This document shows, one piece after another, positions 1 to 9,306 of a stretch of 32,000 bases of DNA. The position numbers and the translations under genes are program-made. The DNA lies in NCBI RefSeq assembly GCF_005696695.1, contig NZ_CP040006.1, forward strand, positions 1,200,001 through 1,232,000, written 5' to 3'. This stretch comes from Schaalia odontolytica (GTDB lineage: Bacteria; Actinomycetota; Actinomycetes; Actinomycetales; Actinomycetaceae). How positions within the stretch are numbered: position 1 is the stretch's first letter; the number at the start of each line of letters is the position of its first letter. Under the pieces are notes generated by a model. It saw only the letters and a program-made list of their open reading frames with translations, had not been told where the DNA came from and did no database searches.

Positions 1-1
1 C

Positions 2-340
2 CTCGAGCACGTCGACGGCTACGTGTCATTCACGCACGATGCCGGGTACGAGGATCGCGTCATTCGTTCTGTGACGCCCAATCCCGGCGCCTACACGGTG
101 TTGCCGGGCGGGGCACGCATGAAGCTCGACAAGGCAACGCCCGTGGACCGTGACGATCTCGCTCCCGGGCAGCTCGAAGTGACGAAGAAGCAGGTCACCG
201 TCGGGTGTACGAGCGGTGCTCTCGTGCTCGGAAAGGTGGCGCCGGCCGGTAAGTCCTGGATGGACGCGGCCGCCTGGGCGAGGGGAGCGCGGCCTTCCGA
301 AGACCTTCGCCTTGGTGGAGAGCTGGAGGGTGAGCGATGA
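2..340 (+). CDS. fmt: methionyl-tRNA formyltransferase, C-terminal fragment (5' end lies outside the window)
   Basis: The reading frame is open from the window edge (LEHVDGYVSFTHDAGYEDRVIRSVTPNPGAYTV...). The C-terminal region (LAPGQLEVTKKQVTVGCTSGALVLGKVAPAGKSWMDAAAWARGAR) looks like the Fmt C-terminal domain. Its TGA overlaps the rsmB ATG (ATGA at 337-340). The fmt-rsmB-rpe order matches mycobacteria. Confidence 0.8.
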   Translation, partial: LEHVDGYVSFTHDAGYEDRVIRSVTPNPGAYTVLPGGARMKLDKATPVDRDDLAPGQLEVTKKQVTVGCTSGALVLGKVAPAGKSWMDAAAWARGARPSEDLRLGGELEGER

Positions 341-1809
341 GCGAGAGGCGTTACGCGGACGGCTACCGCAAGCTGCGCAAGGCCGATGAGCCCCGTCGTA
401 TTGCCTACGACGTTCTTCACGAGGTCGAGACCCAGGGCGCGTTCGCAAACATCGTGTTGCCGAAGGTTCTGCGTCAGGCCCGGCGTGACGGTCACTTCTC
501 CGATCGCGATGCTGCCTTCACCTCCGAGCTCGTCCACGGCACGCTGCGTGCAATCGGTCGACTCGACTGGGTGATCTCCCGTCATATCGACCGTCCCCTG
601 GCTGATCTCGATCCGCGTGCGCTCGTCGTTCTGCGTATGGGCGCCCACCAGCTCCTCGACATGCGAGTGCCTGATCATGCTGCTGTGTCGGCGACTGTGG
701 ACATCGCGCGTGAGCACCTGACGGATGGCCCCGTGCGTTTCGTCAATGCCGTGTTGCGCTCGATCACCCGCGAGGATCCGTCCGAGCGTGAGGCAGCCAT
801 GGATGCCATCGCCAATGAGGATGAGGCTCTCGGCGTGCGTTTCTCGCACCCGGCGTGGATGGTCGCTGCGTTCCGTGAGGCCCTGAAGGCCCACGGCTAC
901 CCCGAGGATGAACTTCTCGACGTTCTCGAGGCTGATAACGAGGTTCCCACGGTCACTCTGGTGGCTCGCCCGTCGTTGATGAGCGTCGATGAACTCGCCG
1001 ACGAGGCCGAGGATATTCTCGACACACGCGTCGCCCTGGGTGCTGTCTCCCCGTATGCAGTGCTCCTCGAATCCGGTGATCCGGCGCGCCTGCCCTCGAT
1101 TCGCGACGGCCGTGCCGGCGCACAGGATGAGGGATCGCAGCTTGCGGCGCTCATCGCCGCGTCCGCACCGCTCGAGGGCGGCTCCGACGAGCGCTGGCTC
1201 GACCTGTGTGCGGGTCCCGGCGGTAAGGCCGCGCTTCTCGCCGGCCTTGCTGCAGGCGTGGGAGCACGTGTGACCGCCAACGAAGTGCACCCGCACCGCG
1301 CCCGCCTCGTGGAGCGCACGACACGCCAGTTCGACTCCATCGAGGTCGTGAGCGGCGACGGTCGTACCTTCGGTGGCGGTCAGAGCGCATGGCCCCTCGG
1401 CTCATTTGACCGTGTCGTCGTCGATGCCCCCTGCTCGGGCATGGGCTCGATGCGCCGACGCCCCGAGTCCCGTTGGAACCGCACGCCCGCGGACGTGGAG
1501 GAGCTGACTGTTCTCCAGCGCGAACTCCTCGATCGAGCAGTCGCGCTGACACGCCCCGGAGGCGTTCTCACATACATCACGTGTTCGCCGCACGCGGCCG
1601 AGACGCGTGAACAGGTTGAGCGTCTGCTCAAGGCCGGCGAGGTTGAGCTGCTTGACACCGTGGCGCTCGCAAACGAATGCGCACCTGAAGCGCTGGACGT
1701 GCCGGCATCTGCGGGCGTTATCAAGGGGTTTAGCGGTCGGACGCTCCAGCTCTGGGATCACCGTTTCGGCACGGATCTAATGTTTGTAGCCTGCCTGCGC
1801 AAGCGCTAG
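337..1809 (+). CDS. rsmB: 16S rRNA m5C methyltransferase, RsmB/Sun family
   Basis: 490-aa ORF with the SAM-binding motif [10 protein letters not shown] and the catalytic Cys motifs [15 protein letters not shown] and TYITCSPH. It overlaps the fmt stop and has conserved neighbours. Confidence 0.9.
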   Translation: MSERRYADGYRKLRKADEPRRIAYDVLHEVETQGAFANIVLPKVLRQARRDGHFSDRDAAFTSELVHGTLRAIGRLDWVISRHIDRPLADLDPRALVVLRMGAHQLLDMRVPDHAAVSATVDIAREHLTDGPVRFVNAVLRSITREDPSEREAAMDAIANEDEALGVRFSHPAWMVAAFREALKAHGYPEDELLDVLEADNEVPTVTLVARPSLMSVDELADEAEDILDTRVALGAVSPYAVLLESGDPARLPSIRDGRAGAQDEGSQLAALIAASAPLEGGSDERWLDLCAGPGGKAALLAGLAAGVGARVTANEVHPHRARLVERTTRQFDSIEVVSGDGRTFGGGQSAWPLGSFDRVVVDAPCSGMGSMRRRPESRWNRTPADVEELTVLQRELLDRAVALTRPGGVLTYITCSPHAAETREQVERLLKAGEVELLDTVALANECAPEALDVPASAGVIKGFSGRTLQLWDHRFGTDLMFVACLRKR

Positions 1810-1819
1810 CATATGCGTT

Positions 1820-2482
1820 ATGAACGCCACAATTAGCCCGTCGATCCTCAACTGCGACATCGCTGACCTGCGCGGTGAGCTCACCAAGATCGCAGGAGCG
1901 GATATCGCTCACGTCGACGTCATGGACAACCATTTCGTCCCCAACCTGTCGTGGGGTCTGCCCGTCGCGGAGGCTGTCGTCAAGTCCGGCATTCTGCCGG
2001 TCGACGCGCACCTCATGATCGAAGATCCGGATCGTTGGGCTCCGCAGTATGCGGAGGTCGGTTGTGAGTCCGTCACCTTCCACGCAGAGGCCGCGGCGGC
2101 GCCGCTGCGCCTGGCGCGCGAGCTGCACCGCATCGGTGCACGCGCCGGCCTGGCTCTGAAGCCGGCGACTGACATCGCACCGTTCGTCGACATCCTCAAC
2201 GAGTTCGACATGATCCTCATCATGACGGTTGAGCCCGGCTTCGGTGGCCAGTCTTTCATCGAGCAGATGATCCCGAAGATCGAGCGCACGCGCGCCGCGA
2301 TCAACGCCGCAGGGCTGCAGGTGTCGATCCAGGTCGATGGCGGTATCTCGCGTGCGACCATCGAGCGCGCGGCCGAGGCCGGCGCCGACAACTTCGTCGC
2401 GGGTTCCGCAGTCTTCCGTGCGGAAGACGCTCATCGTGAGGTGGAGGCGCTGCGCGAACTCGCCAACGCCCATTCACACTGA
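1820..2482 (+). CDS. rpe: ribulose-phosphate 3-epimerase
   Basis: 220-aa ORF with motifs [33 protein letters not shown] and VDGGI. Confidence 0.95.
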   Translation: MNATISPSILNCDIADLRGELTKIAGADIAHVDVMDNHFVPNLSWGLPVAEAVVKSGILPVDAHLMIEDPDRWAPQYAEVGCESVTFHAEAAAAPLRLARELHRIGARAGLALKPATDIAPFVDILNEFDMILIMTVEPGFGGQSFIEQMIPKIERTRAAINAAGLQVSIQVDGGISRATIERAAEAGADNFVAGSAVFRAEDAHREVEALRELANAHSH

Positions 2483-2497
2483 TCGCACACTTATTTC

Positions 2498-2542
2498 GGC
2501 GGCCGGAACGGGACGAGATCCCGTCCGGCCGCCTTTTCTTTC
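2498..2542 (+). terminator. intrinsic terminator downstream of rpe
   Basis: GGCGGCCGGAACGGGA / TCCCGTCCGGCCGCC forms a stem of about 15 bp with a one-A bulge and a 5-nt loop. It is followed directly by TTTTCTTTC. Confidence 0.8.
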
Positions 2543-2587
2543 ATAGCGGATACGCCTCGCGCAGCGCGACGGTCGGTGGCACAATGG

Positions 2588-2722
2588 CACACGAGTACTC
2601 CGGGGTCGGTGAAAGTCCGAACCGGCGGTGATAGTCCGCGACCCGCCTTCACAGAACGAGGGTGGTTGAGCCGGTGAAATTCCGGCACCGACGGTTAAAG
2701 TCCGGATGGGAGGAGTGCATGA
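2588..2722 (+). promoter_or_regulatory. FMN riboswitch (RFN element) aptamer
   Basis: Conserved RFN core strings are present: GGGGTCGGTGAAAGTCCGAACCGGCGGTGATAGTCCGCGACC ... GAGCCGGTGAAATTCCGGCACCGACGGTTAAAGTCCGGATGGGAGGAG. A closing P1 helix forms between GTACTCC (2594-2600) and GGAGTGC (2712-2718). The element lies about 55 nt upstream of the permease GTG. The expression platform is not resolved, and no U-tract terminator is seen. Confidence 0.9.
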
Positions 2723-2777
2723 GGCGCATCCGTGCGTCTGCTGTGCTGCGCGTACCCCCGGTGTCGGAAAGTAAGTC

Positions 2778-3551
2778 GTGGCAATTCGGAACAAGCCCTG
2801 CGGTGCGCTCACCGTCGCGGCACCGATCATCTTCCTTGCCCTTGTGCTGGCGGGATGGTGGCTGACGACGATGCTGACCGGCATCGAAGCCTGGCGTCTG
2901 CCCGATCCGTTTGCTGTTGCCCGAAAAGGCTTGGCGCTGCTCCAGCGCCCTGCCACCTGGCGCCAGATTGCGGTGACGGGAGGCGAGGCTATCGCAGGGT
3001 GCGCGCTCGGAACGGTCGTTGCGCTGCCACTCGCGTATGCGATCTACCGATGGCGGCTGTTGGCCGCCGCGGTGGAACCCTTCCTTGGAGCAACCCAAGC
3101 GTTGCCCGCCATCGCAATCGCCCCCATCCTCGTGCTGTGGGTCGGGTATGGCATCACGCCGGTCATCGTGCTGTGCGCGCTGATGGTGTTTTTCCCGATC
3201 CTCGTGTCCACCGTCGTCGGTTTACGTCATATCGATCGCGAGCTTCTCGAAGCCGCCGCGCTCGACGGCGCGACGGGCTGGACGATGGCCGCACATATGG
3301 AGCTACCTCTTGCCGCCCCCGCGATTCTGGGCGGCCTGCGTAACGGGTTTGCTCTGTCTGTGACGGGCGCAGTCGTGGGGGAGATGGTCATGGGAGGGTC
3401 CGGGCTCGGGCAGGTACTCACTCAAATGAGAAGCAACGTGGACACCGCCGGCATGTTTGTCGTCATCGCGATCCTGTGCATCATGGCAACAATTTTGTAC
3501 GTCATCGTGTATCGAATCGAGCGGTCGAAACGCTACGCGATCACGCAGTGA
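2778..3551 (+). CDS. ABC transporter permease (BPD_transp_1 type; RibX-like by riboswitch context)
   Basis: 257-aa hydrophobic ORF with the EAA-loop motif LLEAAALDGATGWTMAAHMELPLAAP. It has a GTG start and is the first gene after the FMN riboswitch. Confidence 0.85.
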   Translation: MAIRNKPCGALTVAAPIIFLALVLAGWWLTTMLTGIEAWRLPDPFAVARKGLALLQRPATWRQIAVTGGEAIAGCALGTVVALPLAYAIYRWRLLAAAVEPFLGATQALPAIAIAPILVLWVGYGITPVIVLCALMVFFPILVSTVVGLRHIDRELLEAAALDGATGWTMAAHMELPLAAPAILGGLRNGFALSVTGAVVGEMVMGGSGLGQVLTQMRSNVDTAGMFVVIAILCIMATILYVIVYRIERSKRYAITQ

Positions 3552-3563
3552 AGGAGACATCCC

Positions 3564-4613
3564 TTGAAGCTTTCCGCTATCGTTCGCGCGACCGTTATCG
3601 CTGCCAGCGCCTCGCTGGTACTGGGCGCTTGCACAGTCGGTCCCGGTGCCACGCAGTCGGGCACGTCCTCGCAGGGCGCCTCGGACGTGACGATCGGTCT
3701 GACCTACATCCCGAACGTGCAGTTTGCCCCCGTCTATGTCGCTGATTCTCAGGGGCTGTATAACGACGCCGGCATCACGCCCACCGTTCGCCATCACGGC
3801 TCGGACGAGGGCCTGTTCACGGCGCTTCTCGCCGGCCAGGAGGACGTGGTCATTGCCTCCGGCGACGAGGCAGCGGTCGCCGCCTCGCAGGGTATGGACC
3901 TCGTGTCGATTGGCCAGTATTACGCGACCTACCCGGGGAGTGTCATCGTCCCTGCCTCGTCATCGATCACGAGCCTGGCTGACCTCGCCGGAAAGAACAT
4001 CGGCATTCCGGGTGAGTATGGTTCGAGCTACTACGCCACTCTTGCCGCTATCAAGGCCGGTGGCCTGCAGACGTCAGACGTGACCATTTCGTCGATCGGC
4101 TACACACAGCAGGCGGCCCTCGCAGCTGGCCAGGTGGACGCAGTCGTTGGATTTACCAACAATGACGCGGTGCAGATGAGACTCGCGGGCATCGACATCC
4201 GGGAGATCCCGCTGGATGGAGCCTCGACTCCGCTGGTGGCGGCCTCGATTATTACGACGCGCGAATGGGCGCAGGCCCACCCCGATGCGGCACGCGCGGT
4301 CGTGTCCGCAACCACCGAGGCGATGAACGCGATCGCGGCCGATCCCCAGGTTGCGATTGACGCGACGGCAAAGTGGGATACGACGCTCAGCGACGAGACG
4401 TCTCTGGCCGCAGCCAATGCTGTACTCGCTGCGACCGTTCCTCTGTGGCTTGGAGACGATGCCCACGCTGACGGCATGCAGGACTTTGCTACGTGGTCTT
4501 CCATGGTGTCGTTCCTGACGTCGATTGGGGTCCTCGAAGGAGACGTCGATCCGACCGTCATCGTGACCAACGAGTACGCGAGCACAGCTGATGCCGCGTC
4601 GCCTCAGTCCTAA
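3564..4613 (+). CDS. ABC transporter substrate-binding lipoprotein, NMT1/THI5-like (RibY-like by context)
   Basis: 349-aa ORF with a signal peptide and lipobox (ASLVLGAC). It has a TTG start 7 nt after AAGGAG. The mature part (TIGLTYIPNVQFAPVYVADSQGLY...) resembles the NMT1/THI5/SsuA-type periplasmic binding fold. No ATPase gene follows. Confidence 0.8.
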   Translation: MKLSAIVRATVIAASASLVLGACTVGPGATQSGTSSQGASDVTIGLTYIPNVQFAPVYVADSQGLYNDAGITPTVRHHGSDEGLFTALLAGQEDVVIASGDEAAVAASQGMDLVSIGQYYATYPGSVIVPASSSITSLADLAGKNIGIPGEYGSSYYATLAAIKAGGLQTSDVTISSIGYTQQAALAAGQVDAVVGFTNNDAVQMRLAGIDIREIPLDGASTPLVAASIITTREWAQAHPDAARAVVSATTEAMNAIAADPQVAIDATAKWDTTLSDETSLAAANAVLAATVPLWLGDDAHADGMQDFATWSSMVSFLTSIGVLEGDVDPTVIVTNEYASTADAASPQS

Positions 4614-4662
4614 ACGGTGCGCCGTATGCCCGGGACGCGTGCGTTTCGCGTAGGGTAGGCGG

Positions 4663-5595
4663 GTGAGTACCGCTGTCAACGCTAACGTGCGCGTCCTCGA
4701 GCTTTTTGTGGAGCTCCTGGGCGCGCGTCCCGGGCGCACGAAGGCGCAATTGCGTGCTCTTCCCGGATATCAGGGGCTCGCGGACGATGCCTTTGAAACG
4801 CAGTTTCAACGAGACAAAGATGCGCTGCGTGACGCTGGTGCCCACATGACGATTCACTCGGGGGAGCGTTACAGCATCGCCTGGGATTCTTTTGCGCCCG
4901 GCATCGAAGTGATGAGTACCGACCGAGCGCTCATGTCGCTGGCCGCACGCGCGTGGGATAGCAGCGAATTTTTCGCCGACGCGATCGATGCGAAGGCAGC
5001 CGCAGCTTCCTCCGACGACGTTCCTGCTCCGACAATTCGCCTGGGTCTCACCGGCCTCGGGGCAGCCACCGTGTTGTCGCAGGCAATTCGCGAGCGGCGC
5101 GTGGTGTGCTTCGAATACCCAGGGTCGCACGAGCTCACTGAGCGCTCCGTCGAGCCGTGGGCCCTGTCGGTCCAGGGCCGCGCCTTATACCTATGGGGAT
5201 GGGACCTCGATCGCGGCAGCGAGCGTACATTCCGTGTGTCGCGCATTCGCTCCCAGATTTCATTCATCGGGGAGCCTGGAGATGCATCGCTCCCGCCCGA
5301 AGGAGCAGCGTTTCCGCGTGTGTCATCGTTCGTCTCTCCCGTCGTCGACGTGCGTGGGGACTGCACTGCACGCACGCTTCTCCATGGTTACGAGGCCGGG
5401 GCAGCATCTGAGGAGCACGGTTCGCCTCGGCATGGCTGGGAGCGCGTCGCACTCGAAGGCGCAGAATTGGGAACGTGGATGGGTCGTCTTCTTCCCCTGG
5501 CATCTGACGTGGTCGTCGTCGCGCCCGAGTCCCTGCGCGACGCGATGGTGATGCGCCTGCGCGCGGCTGCCAAGTGGGGTGAGCACGATGCCTGA
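4663..5595 (+). CDS. pafB: HTH-WYL transcriptional regulator PafB
   Basis: 310-aa ORF with an N-terminal wHTH (RVLELFVELLGARPGRTKAQLRALPGY...AFETQFQRDKDALRDAG) and a WYL-type middle region (VEPWALSVQGRALYLWGWDLDRGSERTFRVSRI). It is paired with a paralogue and followed by helY, as in mycobacteria. Confidence 0.75.
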   Translation: MSTAVNANVRVLELFVELLGARPGRTKAQLRALPGYQGLADDAFETQFQRDKDALRDAGAHMTIHSGERYSIAWDSFAPGIEVMSTDRALMSLAARAWDSSEFFADAIDAKAAAASSDDVPAPTIRLGLTGLGAATVLSQAIRERRVVCFEYPGSHELTERSVEPWALSVQGRALYLWGWDLDRGSERTFRVSRIRSQISFIGEPGDASLPPEGAAFPRVSSFVSPVVDVRGDCTARTLLHGYEAGAASEEHGSPRHGWERVALEGAELGTWMGRLLPLASDVVVVAPESLRDAMVMRLRAAAKWGEHDA

Positions 5596-6526
5596 GAACG
5601 TACAGTTGGCCGTTGTCCGCCTCGCTTCGATGGTGGCGTGGATGAGTGAGCACCCGGGCGCGAGCGTCGATGAGATCGCTGCGCATTTCCATCGAACTCG
5701 CCGACAGGTGCGTCGTGATATCGAGTATCTAGCGTCCGTTGGAGATTCACTGCCCGGCGCGTCTTTCGAGGTCGATTGGGAGCTCTACGAACACGAACAG
5801 CGCGTGTCACTACGCTCGACGCTGGGCGCCTCGGCACCGCTGCGCCTGTCCACGCTAGAGGCGCAGGCTCTGCTCATCGGGCTGTCTGCGATCACCCCGC
5901 TGCTTGGCACGGATCTTGCCGCTCATGTTCCGCATGCCGCCCTCGTCGTCTGCGCGCTCGGGGGTCTGAAAGAGGCCGACGCCGAACAGCACGTGGAGGC
6001 GATTCCGTCTCTGGCCTCGTCGAGCGAGAGCCTCGAAAGTCTGCGCGATGCCCTCCTGCGCGAAGAACGAGTGTCTTTCACCTACGTGTCCGCTTCTGGC
6101 GTTCGCACGCGCCGCATCGTCGACCCGTGGTCGCTCGAGGCGAGCGCGAGCGGCTGGCTGCTGCGCGGCTGGTGCACTCGCGCGGGGGAGGCTCGCAGCT
6201 TCGCGGTCGTGTCGATCAGCGACGTGCGTGGCGAGGGCCCGCGCGTCGAAGAACCGCGGCGCGTGCGTCATGACGCACCCACCTGGACGCTCGACATCGA
6301 TCGCGATGCCCGGTGGATCGCCGACGAATACGACGGTCACATCATCGCCGAGCTGGACGGCGGGGGAGCGCGCATCACCCTGCCCGTCTGGAACGAACAG
6401 TGGGGCCTGAGCCTCCTCATCGACATTGCCCCACACCTGCGCGCAGCAACACCTGACATGCGCGACGAAGCCGCACGCCATGCGCGCTCAGTTTTGTCGA
6501 TCTGGAGCCGAGAGGATGCATCGTGA
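5579..6526 (+). CDS. pafC: HTH-WYL transcriptional regulator PafC
   Basis: 315-aa ORF with an HTH (ASVDEIAAHFHRTRRQVRRDIEYL) and a WYL-like region (VDPWSLEASASGWLLRGWCTRAGEARSFAVVSI). It overlaps the pafB end; ATG 5588 is an alternative start. Its stop overlaps the helY GTG (GTGA at 6523-6526). Confidence 0.75.
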   Translation: MSTMPENVQLAVVRLASMVAWMSEHPGASVDEIAAHFHRTRRQVRRDIEYLASVGDSLPGASFEVDWELYEHEQRVSLRSTLGASAPLRLSTLEAQALLIGLSAITPLLGTDLAAHVPHAALVVCALGGLKEADAEQHVEAIPSLASSSESLESLRDALLREERVSFTYVSASGVRTRRIVDPWSLEASASGWLLRGWCTRAGEARSFAVVSISDVRGEGPRVEEPRRVRHDAPTWTLDIDRDARWIADEYDGHIIAELDGGGARITLPVWNEQWGLSLLIDIAPHLRAATPDMRDEAARHARSVLSIWSREDAS

Positions 6527-9290
6527 GCCCCAAACGACGTCGACACCGCACCCGGGATGCTGAGAACGTCACCCAGCGCGAGGAGGAAGTCGGTCTCGGC
6601 GTGGGCAGTGCAGCCCAGCGCTACGCAGCGTACAAGGCCGAGGCGATGGCCGCCTCGTCGCTACGCGCGCGCTGGGTGTCCACGCTGAGCTTCACCCCGG
6701 ACCCGTTCCAGATCCAGGCACTCGATGCCGTCGAGGCTGGCAGCTCCGTCCTCGTTGCCGCCCCTACCGGTGCGGGAAAGACAATCGTCGGCCAGTTCGG
6801 CGCCTACGTCGCCCTCGAGCAGGGAATGCGCGCGTTCTACACGACGCCGATCAAGGCACTGTCCAACCAGAAGTACCTAGAGCTGTGCGACCTATACGGC
6901 GCGGACAACGTCGGCCTGGCGACCGGAGACACGTCGGTGAACTCCGGTGCCCCGGTCGTCGTCATGACGACAGAGGTCCTGCGCAACATGATCTACGCGG
7001 GCGCGTCCCTGAGCGACTTGGGCGTCGTCATCCTCGACGAGGTCCATTACCTGGCGGATAAGATGCGCGGCCCGGTGTGGGAGGAAGTGATCATTCACCT
7101 GCCCGCACACGTCGCGATCATCGCCCTGTCCGCGACGGTGTCGAACGCCGAGGAGTTCGGGGCCTGGATCCGAGAAGTGCGCTCCACCTGCGAGATCATC
7201 GTGTCCGAAAAGCGTCCCGTCCCGCTCTATCAGCACATGATTGTCGGCGAGGACATCTTTGACCTGTACGCACCCACCGGCAAGGGAAAGCTTAATCCCG
7301 AGCTTGTGGCAGCGACGCGGGACTCCAGGATACGCGGCGGGCGTGGCTCGCGCTCGTGGAACCGTGAGGTTCGCGTGCGTCGCGAGTCGCGTCCCTCGAC
7401 CCTGATTTCTCTTGATCGCGCGCGGCTGCTACCCGCCATCACGTTCATCTTCTCGCGGGCAGGATGCGAGGATGCGGTGCGCCAGATCCTCTCTACGCGC
7501 ATCACGCTGACGACCCGCTCGGAGGCCGCCGAGATCGAGAGCTACGTGGATGAAGTCATCGCGCTCCTTCCTCCCGAGGATGCCATCGTCCTCGGCGCCG
7601 AGGCGTGGAAACGCGGCCTCATGCGCGGCATCGCCGCCCACCACGCCGGCATGCTGCCCCTCATGAAGGAGAGCGTCGAGCACCTGTTTTCGCGCGGCCT
7701 CGTCAAGATGGTGTACGCGACCGAGACTCTCGCGCTTGGCATCAATATGCCCGCGCGCACAGTCGTCATCGAATCGCTGACGAAGTGGAACGGCTCGGCA
7801 CACGTCTCTCTGTCCGCCGGTGAATACACGCAGCTCTCGGGACGCGCGGGGCGTCGCGGTATCGACACCGAAGGCCACGCTGTCGTCTCACATCGTGGGG
7901 GAGTGGCACCCGAAGAGGTCGCAGCCCTCGCCTCAAAGCGTACATACCCGTTGATTTCCGCGTTCACTCCGACGTACAACATGGTCGTCAACCTGCTCGC
8001 GCGATCGACACGTGCCCAGACTCGCAAGGTCCTGGAGTCCTCTTTCGCGCAGTATCAGGCCGACTCCGCTGTCGTCGCGCTCGCTTCGCGACTGACCGAG
8101 CTGGAGGCTCAGCGCGACGCGACGGCCGAGGACCTGTCGTGTTCCCACGGTGACGTCCGCGAGTACCTGACCCTGCGCGACCAGTTGGGTCAGGCGGAGA
8201 AGTCCGGTGCACGAGCGCGCAAGCGCGAGGCACGAGATGAATCGCGTCGTCTTCTGTCCGGCGTGCGCCCGGGTGACGTCCTCGCACTGACTCGTGGCCG
8301 CAAGACACGCCTGTGTGTCGTTGGGGCGAAAGCCACCAGCGCCTCGGGCAGAGTCGAGGTCTCGGTGATCGGGGAGGACGCCACGTGGAGGGCCCTGGCC
8401 CCGAAGACGTGCGCGGTGCAATTGCTGTCGTCGGCCACATGTCAATTCCCGGTGGGTCTGCGCTACGGCGCACGAAGGAGCGCACACGCATCGCAGGGGA
8501 GCTGCGTTCCGGCGCTGCCAAGGGCATCTACGAGGTGCCGGTAGATTCCACGCAGGCCTCGGATCCGGTCTCGGCACTGCGCACCGCGATGCGTCAGCAT
8601 CCGGTGCACCGCTGCCCGCACCGCGAGGAGCACGCTCGGGCGGGCGCCCAGTGGGCGCGCCTGGCGCGCGAGATCGAGCGTCTCCGCTCGTCGATCGACT
8701 CCCAGACGGGTTCCGTGGCCGCCCAGTTCGATCGTGTCTGCGCGGTCCTCGAGCGCCTCGGCTTTTTGGCTGGCGACGAGGTGACAGACTCGGGTCAGCG
8801 CTTGCGCCGAATCTTCGGTGAGCGCGACTTGGTGGTGGCCATGTCGATGAACGAGGGCACGTGGAATGAGCTCGACGAGGCGGAGCTCGCGTCGATGGTG
8901 TCTGCGCTCGTCTACGATTCTCGCTCCGACGACGATGCGCAGCAGCTGGCCCCTGCGGGCGTCGGCATTCGACTGCAGGAAGCCTGGCACGAGAGCCTGG
9001 CTACCCTGGAGCGCGTGCACCGCGTCGAAAAGGCCTGTGGCTGCGACCTCACCCCGAGCCTCGATGCCGGTCTGATGGCTGCCACACTTGCATGGGCGCA
9101 CGGCTCGACGCTGGCCACGGCGATTGATGCCACGCCGATCCAGGCTGGAGACTTCGTCCGCTGGATGCGTCAGGTCATGGACTGCCTCGGCCAGATTGCG
9201 TCGGCGTCGTCTAGCGGCGAGCTTGCACGTAAAGCCGAGGCCGCGAAGGACCGCATCGGACGCGGTATCGTTGCGTGGTCGACGATTTGA
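6523..9290 (+). pseudogene. helY: Ski2/HelY-type DEAD/DEAH-box RNA helicase, reading frame broken near 8399-8402
   Basis: The frame-1 ORF 6523..8544 carries AAPTGAGKT, DEVH, SAT and the helicase-C region. The frame-3 ORF ending at 9290 carries the HelY C-terminal region. The frames switch at ctggccccgaag. One extra C would restore a single ORF of about 922 codons. Confidence 0.8.
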
Positions 9291-9306
9291 GACACCTGGA
9301 GGGCTA

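Noticed and set aside
91-1296. 401-aa minus-strand ORF opposite fmt/rsmB. Similar long antisense ORFs lie at 1730..2473, 9907..10881, 23403..24629, 29230..29937, 30156..30878 and 31124..31915.
   Set aside because: Each overlaps a well-supported conserved gene on the other strand. Each has a low-complexity Arg/Ala/Gly-rich translation with no motifs and no sensible start context.
2732-3343. 203-aa plus-strand ORF overlapping the start of the permease gene
   Set aside because: It is in a different frame from the ORF that carries the TM helices and the EAA loop. Its translation is Arg/Cys-rich with no motifs.
8313-9290. 325-aa ORF treated as an independent gene
   Set aside because: Its first 29 or so codons are out-of-frame readings of the helY region. 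From about 8400 it is the continuation of helY, so it is reported as one frame-broken gene rather than two genes.
9088-9306. 73-codon N-terminal extension of the lnt ORF, as listed in the ORF track
   Set aside because: It would overlap the conserved C-terminus of helY by about 200 nt, and its translation is Arg-rich. The GTG at 9307, just after the helY stop and a GGAGGG, gives an Lnt that begins at its first TM region.
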